The position numbers were made by a program, and so were the translations under genes. From Thermoproteota archaeon (GTDB lineage Archaea > Thermoproteota > Methanomethylicia > Culexarchaeales > Culexmicrobiaceae), in assembly GCA_003649155.1 (NCBI GenBank), contig QMRA01000001.1, positions 1 to 24,140 on the forward strand: a stretch of 24,140 nucleotides of DNA. The letters are read 5' to 3'. Positions 1-8,115 of the stretch are shown here, piece after piece; within the stretch, counting starts at the first letter, position 1; each line of letters opens with the position of its first letter. The notes below the pieces were generated by a model that was given only the letters and a program-made list of their open reading frames with translations, was not told the DNA's origin and made no database searches.

Positions 1-69
1 AGTGGAAAGTACATGTGCGCGTGTTATGCTAGGGAGCCAACTGAAATACGCTTGAGTGGTAAGCATAAA

Positions 70-85
70 TTTAGCCACGGCTAAA
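70..85. promoter_or_regulatory. Perfect 7-bp inverted repeat TTTAGCC-AC-GGCTAAA upstream of the phosphohexomutase operon; candidate operator
   Basis: The palindrome is directly visible, just after AT-rich CATAAAT (64-70) and about 30 nt before the probable start at 114. Function is inferred. Confidence 0.3.
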
Positions 86-113
86 GTTAGAACTGAGACT
101 GGCGGTGACGAGT

Positions 114-1493
114 GTGGGGAGGCTGTTTGGAACTAACGGCATTAGGGGGCGTTTTGGATCTGAGCTTACAGTTGATTTTGCAGTGAAGATTGCACTTGCA
201 ATTGGAACCTACTTTAATCAGGGTGAGATTCTCGTCGGGCATGATGGGAGGCTGAGTAGTCCAGCTCTTAAAGATGCCGTTGTTAGTGGGCTCCTCGCAT
301 CTGGATGTAACGTTGTAGATGCCGGCATGATGCCGACTCCTGCACTTCAATTTGGAGTTAAACACTTCAAGTATGATGGCGGAGTGATGATAACTGCAAG
401 CCACAACCCCCCTGAATTTAATGGCATTAAGGTTGTGGGGCCGGATGGAATTGAAGTCTCCAGAAGTGAGGAAGTGAAGATTGAAACCATATTCTTCGAG
501 GAGAAAATTAGGAGAGCAGCTTGGAATGAGGTTGGAAAGATTAAGGAAGCTCCAGACGTAATCTCAGCTTACATAGACGCAGTGATTAGCCACGTAAACG
601 TAAAGCGCATAGCAGCTCAAAACTTTAAGGTAGTTGTAGATCCTGGAAATGGAGTTTCAGCTCTAACAGTGCCGAAAGTGCTGCGCAGACTGGGCTGCCA
701 AGTCATTCCAGTAAACGACGCTGTGGACGGCCGATTCCCAGGACGAGGTCCAGAGCCGACTCCAGCTGCACTTAAAGGAGTTGCTGAAGTAGTGAGAGCG
801 TCTAAGGCAGATTTAGGAGCTTCATATGATGGAGATGGGGACCGAGCAATATTCACCGATGAACTTGGAGTAGTGCACTGGGGTGACAAGAGCGGTGCAA
901 TAATCGAAAAGCACCTGCTGAAGAGGGCTGGCGGAGGAATTATAGTGACTCCAGTAAGCTCCTCAAAGCTTATCGAGGAAGTGGCACTAGCTCACGGAGG
1001 GAAAGTCGTTTGGACTAAGGTGGGAAGCGTAACAGTATCCCACGTACTAAAGGAAGTCAGTGGACTGCTAGGAATCGAAGAGAATGGAGGAGTATTCTAC
1101 CCTCCACACCAGCTAGTCAGAGACGGCGCAATGACAACAGCACTAATCCTCGAAATCATGGCTGAGAGAGGAGAGAAGCTGTCGAAGCTAGTCGGCGAAC
1201 TGCCAAAGTACTACAACGTAAAGCTGAAAGTCGCATGCCCAAATGAATTGAAAAGAAATGTCATTGAGAAAATCGAGGCAGCCATTAGAGAAGAGGGGAA
1301 AGTGCTGAAAATAGAGACTATCGATGGAGTTAAAGCTTGGATAGACGATTACACGTGGGTTCTAATTAGAGCTTCAGGCACGGAACCCATAATAAGAGTG
1401 TATGCTGAAGCAAAAAAGGAGGAGAGAGCAGAGGAAATCGCAGAGGCATATAAGGTGAAGGTTGCCCAAATCATAAAATCACTTGGAGGATAA
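114..1493 (+). CDS. glmM: Alpha-D-phosphohexomutase (phosphoglucosamine mutase / PMM-PGM family)
   Basis: Motifs: FGTNGIRG, catalytic-serine loop ITASHNP, metal loop DGDGDR, sugar loop GIEENGG, phosphate loop IRASGTEPIIRVYAE. The track start is 105; GTG at 114 follows a GGCGGTGA RBS. GlmM versus PMM/PGM specificity cannot be resolved from motifs. Confidence 0.88.
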   Translation: MGRLFGTNGIRGRFGSELTVDFAVKIALAIGTYFNQGEILVGHDGRLSSPALKDAVVSGLLASGCNVVDAGMMPTPALQFGVKHFKYDGGVMITASHNPPEFNGIKVVGPDGIEVSRSEEVKIETIFFEEKIRRAAWNEVGKIKEAPDVISAYIDAVISHVNVKRIAAQNFKVVVDPGNGVSALTVPKVLRRLGCQVIPVNDAVDGRFPGRGPEPTPAALKGVAEVVRASKADLGASYDGDGDRAIFTDELGVVHWGDKSGAIIEKHLLKRAGGGIIVTPVSSSKLIEEVALAHGGKVVWTKVGSVTVSHVLKEVSGLLGIEENGGVFYPPHQLVRDGAMTTALILEIMAERGEKLSKLVGELPKYYNVKLKVACPNELKRNVIEKIEAAIREEGKVLKIETIDGVKAWIDDYTWVLIRASGTEPIIRVYAEAKKEERAEEIAEAYKVKVAQIIKSLGG

Positions 1494-1496
1494 CTG

Positions 1497-2447
1497 TTGG
1501 CTGAAGAGCTTCTTAGAGCCATAAGATTCGACTGGTTCGACCAGCTGAACAACCTAGTTGACATTGCTTTAAGCTCACTTGAAAGCATAAGTATAGTGGC
1601 GGAGGGAGGAGGATATACTTCCGCCATATCAGCAGTCGCTTCATTCAAGTCGCTGGTAGGAGTGAATGTCGGCTGCTTCCACCCCCGCGAGTACGCCACT
1701 TACGCTGCACCCTACGCTAGCGAGAATGAGCTGGTGATCTTTTTAACAAGAGGAAGCCCAATACCCCCAAGGACTAAAAATGCCATCAAGACTTGCAATA
1801 TCATGAACCTGAAAACAGCAATAGTAGTTGCTGGAGAACTACTCGAAGAAGACGAAGACGTACTCGAATACGTAGAAACGCTAGTAGAATTGAGCGCGCC
1901 AAACGACAAGCTAGCAGCAGCACACCACATAGCAACAACCTCACTCCTAATAAGCCTCGCAGCAGAAATTGCCAAGAGGACAATACAAAATCCAAGAGCT
2001 AAAGAAATTCTCAGTCAAATAATGAGCCTAGGCGGAGGAGCAGAATTAGACGAGGAAATAGAGAGAGAAGCCGCTAAAGTAATCGAGGAGGCAGCGAGTA
2101 AAAGTAGAGCATACATTTACGCAGGCCCAACACTTTATGGGCTAGCCTTGAAAATCTGCAGAGACATGACTGCAAATCTAGACGGAACCTACATTCCGTA
2201 CAAAATTGAAGAGCACCCCTACGTGACGAGAGGGCTGAAAAGCGAAGACTACGTAGTAATACTCAAAACGGACTTAGAGGAGAATTCAGCGAGAGAATTG
2301 TCAAACTTCCTCAAACTAAGAGGAATTGACGCATCAACCCTAGAATTTAAGGGAGACCCACTACTAGCACCCATAGGGCTCGGAGCAGCAATTCTCCATA
2401 AATTGAAAAATTTAATCTCAACCGTGAAAGTAGAAGACATGTGGTAG
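1497..2447 (+). CDS. Degenerate double-SIS-domain protein resembling the GlmS isomerase region
   Basis: The spacing of elements parallels GlmS SIS1/SIS2 (SIVAEGGGY, FHPREY, LVIFLTRG, YIYAGPTLYGLALK, IEEHP), but the canonical SQSGET and E..LK.KE motifs are absent. TTG start 6 nt after GGAGG. Confidence 0.55.
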   Translation: MAEELLRAIRFDWFDQLNNLVDIALSSLESISIVAEGGGYTSAISAVASFKSLVGVNVGCFHPREYATYAAPYASENELVIFLTRGSPIPPRTKNAIKTCNIMNLKTAIVVAGELLEEDEDVLEYVETLVELSAPNDKLAAAHHIATTSLLISLAAEIAKRTIQNPRAKEILSQIMSLGGGAELDEEIEREAAKVIEEAASKSRAYIYAGPTLYGLALKICRDMTANLDGTYIPYKIEEHPYVTRGLKSEDYVVILKTDLEENSARELSNFLKLRGIDASTLEFKGDPLLAPIGLGAAILHKLKNLISTVKVEDMW

Positions 2448-3239
2448 GTGCAGAAATTGCTGCGCAAACTACTCGAAGTACTAGGGATCTACAAGATCTA
2501 TGAGAAGTGGCTGTGGAGGCAAATCAAAAATGGAGAGAAGCCCGAGCACGTAGGAATAATTTTGGATGGAAATAGGAGATGGGCTAGAATTAGAGGGCTG
2601 CCGCCATGGGCCGGACATGAGAAGGGAGCTAAGAAAGTTGAAGAACTACTTAGATGGTGCTTCGACTCAGGAATAAAAACCCTAACAATATACGTGTTTT
2701 CAACCGAAAACTTCCAGAGGTCAAAAAAGGAAGTCGACGCGATCATGAACCTAGCCAAGAAGTACATTGAAAAAGCGATGACTAGCAGGGAAATCCATGA
2801 ATATGAGGTTAGAGTGAAGGCGATTGGAAGGCTGGAACTACTCCCAGAAGACTTGAGGGAGGAAATTAGGAAGCTTGAGGAGGCAACCAAAAACTACGAC
2901 AAACACTACCTAAACATTGCAATAGCCTACGGAGGGAGAACTGAAATCATAGACGCAGTAAAGCGCATAGCAGAGGAAATAAAATCTGGAAAAATAGACG
3001 TGGAAGACATTACAGAAGACCTATTCGAAAAGCACTTGTACACCGCGCACCTGCCAAACCCAAATCCAGACCTCATAATAAGAACCAGCGGAGAAGAAAG
3101 GCTAAGCGGATTCCTACTATGGCAATCAGCATACAGTGAACTCGTATTCCTAGACGTCTACTGGCCAGACTTCAGGAAGATAGACCTCTGGAGGGCAATA
3201 AGGACATACCAGAAGCGTGAAAGGAGATTTGGAAGGTGA
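2448..3239 (+). CDS. uppS: cis-prenyltransferase (polyprenyl/undecaprenyl diphosphate synthase)
   Basis: HVGIILDGNRRWA, GHEKG, YVFSTENFQR, YGGRTEI, PDLIIRTSGEERLSGFLLWQSAYSEL, C-terminal RRFG. Confidence 0.96.
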   Translation: MQKLLRKLLEVLGIYKIYEKWLWRQIKNGEKPEHVGIILDGNRRWARIRGLPPWAGHEKGAKKVEELLRWCFDSGIKTLTIYVFSTENFQRSKKEVDAIMNLAKKYIEKAMTSREIHEYEVRVKAIGRLELLPEDLREEIRKLEEATKNYDKHYLNIAIAYGGRTEIIDAVKRIAEEIKSGKIDVEDITEDLFEKHLYTAHLPNPNPDLIIRTSGEERLSGFLLWQSAYSELVFLDVYWPDFRKIDLWRAIRTYQKRERRFGR

Positions 3240-3243
3240 GCAC

Positions 3244-4251
3244 GTGGAGGAAAGCCTCCCAACAGTCTCAGTGATAATTCCAGTGAGGAATAATGAGGAG
3301 ACAATAAAAGACCTACTAGAATCACTTATGAACCTAGACTACCCGAAAGATAAAGTCGAATTCATAATAGTTGACGGGCAGTCCACAGACAACACCGTGA
3401 GCATAGCCTCCAAGTACCCAGTAAAAATACTAGAAGAGCCAGGACTAGGCCCAAACTACGCCAGAAGCATTGGAGTTGAAGCCTCAACAGGAGAGATACT
3501 TGCCTTCACAGATGGAGACTGCATCGTACCAAAGCACTGGATTAAAGTCATCGTAGAAAACCTATCCAACCCAGAAGTAGGCTGCGTAGGAGGAAGCGTC
3601 TATGCAGACAAGTCACTTGAAAACAACATCTACGCCACCTACGCCGACAAGTCCGTCATGCGAGTAATGCCACTTGCAAAGAAGAAGGAGGTGCTAAGCG
3701 AGCCAGAAGTATTCAAGCACCTAGCATTCTGCAACATGGCAATAAAGAGAGAAGCCCTAGACAAAATTGGGGGGCTGGACACCGCCCTAAAAACGTTCGA
3801 AGACGTGGATACAGTTCAGAGCATATGCGAAGCAGGGTACAAGATGGTCTTAGACCCAGAAATGTACGTTTGGCACAAGCACAGGCAAACACTGAAGAGC
3901 ATCCTTAAGCAGACACACACCTACGGCATGGGAGGCCCAAAGTTCAGGAAGAAGCACCCCAAAAGCAAGATAGCCAAGTTCTACAGAATGGGCTTAACCG
4001 CATTCTACACCTTCATGTCAATCCTAGCTCTAGGAATTGCCATCTCGATAATTACTGGAAATATAATCCCCCTACTACTGGTCTCCTCACCATTCATAAT
4101 CGGCTACCTAGCCGGCGTAATATATTATGCATCAAAGGGAAATGGATTGAAGGCTTCACTAATCTACCCGGCAATAGACGCTTTAAGGATATTCGCATTC
4201 TGCATTGGAGACTTGAAAGCCTCAATCTCCGAAGCCATGAGGAAGAGTTAG
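3244..4251 (+). CDS. Family 2 (GT-A) glycosyltransferase with C-terminal transmembrane helices
   Basis: VSVIIPVRN, IIVDGQSTDNT, AFTDGDC (DxD), FEDVD, hydrophobic C-terminal segments. The track start is 3217; GTG at 3244 follows a GGTGA RBS overlapping the uppS stop. Confidence 0.9.
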   Translation: MEESLPTVSVIIPVRNNEETIKDLLESLMNLDYPKDKVEFIIVDGQSTDNTVSIASKYPVKILEEPGLGPNYARSIGVEASTGEILAFTDGDCIVPKHWIKVIVENLSNPEVGCVGGSVYADKSLENNIYATYADKSVMRVMPLAKKKEVLSEPEVFKHLAFCNMAIKREALDKIGGLDTALKTFEDVDTVQSICEAGYKMVLDPEMYVWHKHRQTLKSILKQTHTYGMGGPKFRKKHPKSKIAKFYRMGLTAFYTFMSILALGIAISIITGNIIPLLLVSSPFIIGYLAGVIYYASKGNGLKASLIYPAIDALRIFAFCIGDLKASISEAMRKS

Positions 4252-4258
4252 CAAAACT

Positions 4259-4660
4259 TTAAGTCTCCGACAAACTCCAAGGCTTACCGCTTGTCAGCAC
4301 TTCTTCAGGAATCTTATCCCTATAGCGCTTCAGGAAAGATAAGTCTTGATCCTTATTCCTCAGCTCGTCTGGCAGCATGTGCGGAATCTCCTCAATTATT
4401 GGATACCACCTGTTACAATTACCGCATATTAGAAGGCCTTCAGCAACTTCACGCTGCAGGCAGGAACGGCAGTCCAGCTCGACTCCCCTCAACTCTGAGA
4501 TAAACTTGCCTTGGAGGCCACAGTACTCCTCACATAAAACCTTCTTCTCCAACTCAACCTCATAGGAGTACTGATTTTCACTAAAGACTATCAGCTTAAG
4601 AGGAAAATTCTTGCAGATTGGGCAAGCCAGTATATCTAAAAGCCTATACTTCATCTGCAT
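4259..4660 (-). CDS. trm112: Trm112-family methyltransferase activator (long form with extra Cys cluster)
   Basis: MKYRLLDILACPICK at the N-terminus and EGLLICGNCNRWYPIIEEIPHMLPDELR at the C-terminus; the insert carries CEEYC and CRSC. Confidence 0.88.
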   Translation of the reverse strand: MQMKYRLLDILACPICKNFPLKLIVFSENQYSYEVELEKKVLCEEYCGLQGKFISELRGVELDCRSCLQREVAEGLLICGNCNRWYPIIEEIPHMLPDELRNKDQDLSFLKRYRDKIPEEVLTSGKPWSLSET

Positions 4661-4692
4661 CCCACACTCAACTTGAATTTACATCACTTATC

Positions 4693-4700
4693 ATTATAAG
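4693..4700 (-). promoter_or_regulatory. Candidate TATA box (CTTATAAT on the minus strand) for trm112
   Basis: Lies in the 54-bp intergenic gap, 33 nt upstream of the ATG at 4660, and matches the archaeal TATA consensus. Confidence 0.4.
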
Positions 4701-4714
4701 CTATATGGTTATGA

Positions 4715-5113
4715 TTAGAGGATTACTCGTATTTGCCTAACTTCATTTGCGCTCAAGGTCAACCTCACCACAATCACGTAGTCGCTCTTAACCTCGTAAT
4801 TCAGCCTACTGCCAGTTTTACCATCAATCACATGAGTTATGCGCGAAACAGGCACGCCCCGCCCACTCAAGTCTATTTCAACATTAGCAACGACTGGCGT
4901 AGACTTCTCATTTTTAACTTCAAATATCAAGCATATGTGGTATGTGCCTGAAATCTGAACCAGCTGCGCCTCCTTATACTCAGCTTTCAAGTTGACGACG
5001 TTTAATGGCTGGAAGAAGTACAGTGCTAAGCCAAAAATCGTCATGGAAACTATGGCTGCAGCAAAGATCTTGAGAGCTAACCCCCGCCTCTTCGACCTAG
5101 GCATTCTCGCCAT
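4715..5113 (-). CDS. Small N-terminally membrane-anchored or secreted protein with a beta-rich C-terminal domain; possible class III signal peptide
   Basis: Basic N-terminus (PRSKRRG), one hydrophobic helix, then alternating beta-strand patterns. Start could be 5119, 5113 or 5104. Overlaps the upstream gene. Confidence 0.6.
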   Translation of the reverse strand: MARMPRSKRRGLALKIFAAAIVSMTIFGLALYFFQPLNVVNLKAEYKEAQLVQISGTYHICLIFEVKNEKSTPVVANVEIDLSGRGVPVSRITHVIDGKTGSRLNYEVKSDYVIVVRLTLSANEVRQIRVIL

Positions 5114-5522
5114 CTCCACCCAACAGCTTCGCGCACTCAGATAGGTGGCGAGCCAACTTTATAACTTTAGTTGACACCTTGAATACTTTGCCTTTCTCAA
5201 TGACGTAGTGCGTTAAGGGTATCGGCTCGCCTAATGCTCGATTAATGTGTTCGCCAATGAAGTGCAGTTGAATGCAGTGCGGAGAGCCGTCCATCGTCAA
5301 AATCTCAAGTTCCTTCACATTTGATAGCTTGACAATGTTTAGAAGTTTAAATCCAACCATGTTCATGTGAAGTAGCTCCATGCAGACGCCAAGCGCTACT
5401 CGCCCATCAGAAAACTCTCTTAGAATGCCCGGGTACTCCTGCTCTATGCACTTGCTGTAGATTAGGAGGCTAGCCCCTCTAAGCATCTTGCTCTTAACAC
5501 TCGTAGATAGAAGCTCAGACAT
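5097..5522 (-). CDS. Conserved Cys/His protein resembling the C-terminal domain of archaeal/bacterial ferredoxin-like proteins
   Basis: LLIYSKC, GVCMELLHMNMVGFKL, LTMDGSPHCIQLH. I recall this family being annotated as 4Fe-4S ferredoxin-related, but this ORF has no CxxCxxC motif. Confidence 0.55.
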   Translation of the reverse strand: MSELLSTSVKSKMLRGASLLIYSKCIEQEYPGILREFSDGRVALGVCMELLHMNMVGFKLLNIVKLSNVKELEILTMDGSPHCIQLHFIGEHINRALGEPIPLTHYVIEKGKVFKVSTKVIKLARHLSECAKLLGGDGENA

Positions 5523-5542
5523 AATTAATCCCGCAAAGCATT

Positions 5543-6190
5543 ATGCCGCGAAGTGCAATAACATTTACTGTGGTGGACAAGTTGAACAGCAGGATAATTC
5601 TAGCCTCAGCATCACCGCGAAGAAGAGAAATCCTAGAGAGGATATTGGGTAGGAGCATCCAAGTCGTCATTCCTGAAGTAGATGAAGTAGTAGACATAAA
5701 CTTGAGCCCAGCTGAGCAAGCCAAAGCGTTAGCTCTAAAGAAGGCCGAGTACGCTGCAAGGAAGATTGAAAGTGGAATTGTAGTTGCAGGAGATACAGTA
5801 GTTGTCGTTGACGGAGAAGTTCTGGGGAAGCCTAAAGATGAGCGTGAAGCTAGAGAAATGCTGACAAAGCTGAGTGGAAAGGAGCATAAAGTGATTACTG
5901 GCATTGCAGTGATAAACGTTGAGACTGGAGAAGAGCTGGTGGACGCTGTTGAAACGAAAGTTTACATGAAAAAAATGACGATGGAAGAATTAGAATTGTA
6001 CATTAAGAGTGGAGAACCCCTCGGCAAAGCTGGGGGATACGCTATTCAAGAGATCGGCGCGCTACTAGTAGGCGGTATCGACGGTTGCTTCTTCAATGTC
6101 GTTGGGCTGCCAATATCGAAGCTCTATGAAATGCTAAAGCAATTTGGAGTAAACTTGCTTGAAGAGGCGGTTAGAGGGAGGAGGACTTGA
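5543..6190 (+). CDS. maf: Maf-family nucleoside triphosphate pyrophosphatase, YhdE-type (dTTP/UTP)
   Basis: IILASASPRRREIL, LALKKA, VAGDTVV, LGKP, GKAGGYAIQ, FFNVVGLP. The R/T/Q signature points to the YhdE subtype. The true start may be GTG at 5570 or 5573. Confidence 0.93.
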   Translation: MPRSAITFTVVDKLNSRIILASASPRRREILERILGRSIQVVIPEVDEVVDINLSPAEQAKALALKKAEYAARKIESGIVVAGDTVVVVDGEVLGKPKDEREAREMLTKLSGKEHKVITGIAVINVETGEELVDAVETKVYMKKMTMEELELYIKSGEPLGKAGGYAIQEIGALLVGGIDGCFFNVVGLPISKLYEMLKQFGVNLLEEAVRGRRT

Positions 6191-6984
6191 GTAAGCTGCG
6201 AAGCTTCAAAATCCACGAAATCTACTCGACCATGAGAGTGCCGCCAACAACCCCATTCATAGTTAGGTGCGATGGGCGGAATTTTAGAAGCCTATGCAGT
6301 AGGCTGGGCTTCAAAAAGCCATTTGACGAGGATTTTGCGAAAATCATGGTGACTGCAGCTAAGGCAGTCTTCAACTCAGGATTCAACCCAACTCTAGCGT
6401 ACATCCAATCAGATGAAATTAGCTACCTATTCACCAGAGAGCAGATATTCAGTAGGAGGCTCGAAAAGATACTGTCAATAATTCCAAGCGTAGTCAGTAG
6501 CAGATTCACACTTGAACTGTTGAGAATTAAGGGAGAAGAGGAAGTCGTCGCATTCGATGCTAGAATAGTCATCCTGTCCGAAAAGGACGTAGTTGACTAT
6601 TTTGCTTGGAGGCAGATGGAAGCTTGGAGAAACCACATAAATGCATATGCACTTTACGCGCTAGTCGCAAAAGGGTTGACAACCAGTCAAGCAGCGAAAA
6701 AGCTTCTCAAACTTAAATCTCCAGAACTCCACGACCTAGTGCTGAGGGAACTTAACGTTAACTTGGCTAAGACTCCTGCGTGGCAGAGGAGAGGCATAGT
6801 ATTGAGGTGGCACGTCTTTCAGAAGAGAGGAGTAAATCCAATTACTGGAGAAGCCGCTCTCACCATTAGGAGGAAACTAGTCGAAGATTGGCAGCCTCCC
6901 CTATTCACTACACCGGAGGGGAGGAAATACCTCGAAGAGGCGATCTTGGCAGCCGAAAAAGAAATCAGCAATCTTAGTGATTAA
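6187..6984 (+). CDS. thg1: tRNA(His) guanylyltransferase Thg1-like 3'-5' polymerase
   Basis: IVRCDGRNF, YIQSDEISYLF, AFDARIV, YFAWRQ.EAWRN. TTGA overlap with the maf stop. Confidence 0.92.
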   Translation: MSKLRSFKIHEIYSTMRVPPTTPFIVRCDGRNFRSLCSRLGFKKPFDEDFAKIMVTAAKAVFNSGFNPTLAYIQSDEISYLFTREQIFSRRLEKILSIIPSVVSSRFTLELLRIKGEEEVVAFDARIVILSEKDVVDYFAWRQMEAWRNHINAYALYALVAKGLTTSQAAKKLLKLKSPELHDLVLRELNVNLAKTPAWQRRGIVLRWHVFQKRGVNPITGEAALTIRRKLVEDWQPPLFTTPEGRKYLEEAILAAEKEISNLSD

Positions 6985-7002
6985 ATTCATGAGTTGGGAA
7001 AT

Positions 7003-8115
7003 ATGTATTACGCTTTACGTCCAGACTCACTTCTAGTTTGGAGGAGTGAGGAGGTTAAAGAGAGGCTTTCATGGTACTATGAGGTCATGAAGGACAGGAA
7101 GCCAGCCAAGTACCTAATTTGTAAGAGAATACCAGTAGAAGTTAATTTAACGGAAGCAAGCGAGGAAGAGCTTTGGGAAGAGCACAAAAGAGCAGCTGAG
7201 AGCTTTAGAAAAGCACTCGACGAGATAGTTGAAGGTGAAAAGAAGCTTGAAGACCTACCTAAGCCTAAAGTTAGCTTTCTAGACTTGAAAATCGAGCTAG
7301 TTAAGAGGATGCTCACTCACTGCAACTTCTGCGAAAGAAGATGTGGAGTTAACAGGGCTGAGGGAGTGAAGGGCTTCTGCAGACTAGACTCCAAAACATA
7401 CGTGTCGTCCTGGTTCCACCACTGGGGTGAAGAAGCTCCACTAGTTCCAAGCGGCACAATATTCTTCGGCTCATGCAATTTCAGGTGTGTCTTCTGCCAA
7501 AACTACGACATAAGTCAACTTCACCCATATGCAGGAATACAAGTTAACTCCAAGGAGCTAGCAAAAATTCAAGCTACGCTGAGGAGGGAGGGAGTGAGGA
7601 ACATTAATTACGTAGGAGGAGAGCCGACGCCCAACCTCCACACAATAATCGAATCTCTAAAATACCTCGACGTAAACGTCCCCCTACTCTGGAACAGCAA
7701 CATGTACTGCAGTGTAGAAACGATAACCATACTCTTGGAATTAATAGACATCGCCCTACCAGACTTCAAGTACGGCAATGACTCATGCGCTAAGCGCCTG
7801 TCCATGGTCGACAGGTACTTCGAAGTAGTCTCCAGAAACCACAAGATGATGCACGACTACGGCATAGACATGATCATCAGGCACCTAGTAATGCCAAACC
7901 ACGTCGAGTGCTGCACCAAGCCAATTCTAGAGTGGATAGCTGAAAACCTCCCAAGAGCAATGGTAAACATCATGGGGCAGTACAGGCCCGAATACCTAGT
8001 CGCGTGGGAGCCGGAGAAGTATCCAGACATCGCTAGGAGGCCGTCGCAAGAGGAGATGGAAGCATCCTTCAAGTATGCTGACGAGCTAGGAATATGCTAC
8101 AGACCAGTTTCTTAA
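7003..8115 (+). CDS. pflX: Radical SAM protein, PflX / pyruvate-formate-lyase-activating-enzyme-like family
   Basis: Radical SAM motif CNFRCVFCQN, upstream CNFCERRC, HWGEEAPLVPSGTIFF, VGGEPTP, WNSNMY, DFKYGND, IRHLVMPNH, NIMGQYRP. The track start is TTG 6994; ATG 7003 is also possible. Confidence 0.88.
   Translation: MYYALRPDSLLVWRSEEVKERLSWYYEVMKDRKPAKYLICKRIPVEVNLTEASEEELWEEHKRAAESFRKALDEIVEGEKKLEDLPKPKVSFLDLKIELVKRMLTHCNFCERRCGVNRAEGVKGFCRLDSKTYVSSWFHHWGEEAPLVPSGTIFFGSCNFRCVFCQNYDISQLHPYAGIQVNSKELAKIQATLRREGVRNINYVGGEPTPNLHTIIESLKYLDVNVPLLWNSNMYCSVETITILLELIDIALPDFKYGNDSCAKRLSMVDRYFEVVSRNHKMMHDYGIDMIIRHLVMPNHVECCTKPILEWIAENLPRAMVNIMGQYRPEYLVAWEPEKYPDIARRPSQEEMEASFKYADELGICYRPVS

Noticed and set aside
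1-84. Open frame 1 (SGKYMCACYAREPTEIRLSGKHKFSHG*) as the tail of an upstream CDS
   Set aside because: Only 27 codons and truncated by the window edge; no family recognisable.
6187-6984. Recoding (in-frame amber as in some Methanosarcina Thg1)
   Set aside because: The ORF is uninterrupted with all motifs in one frame.
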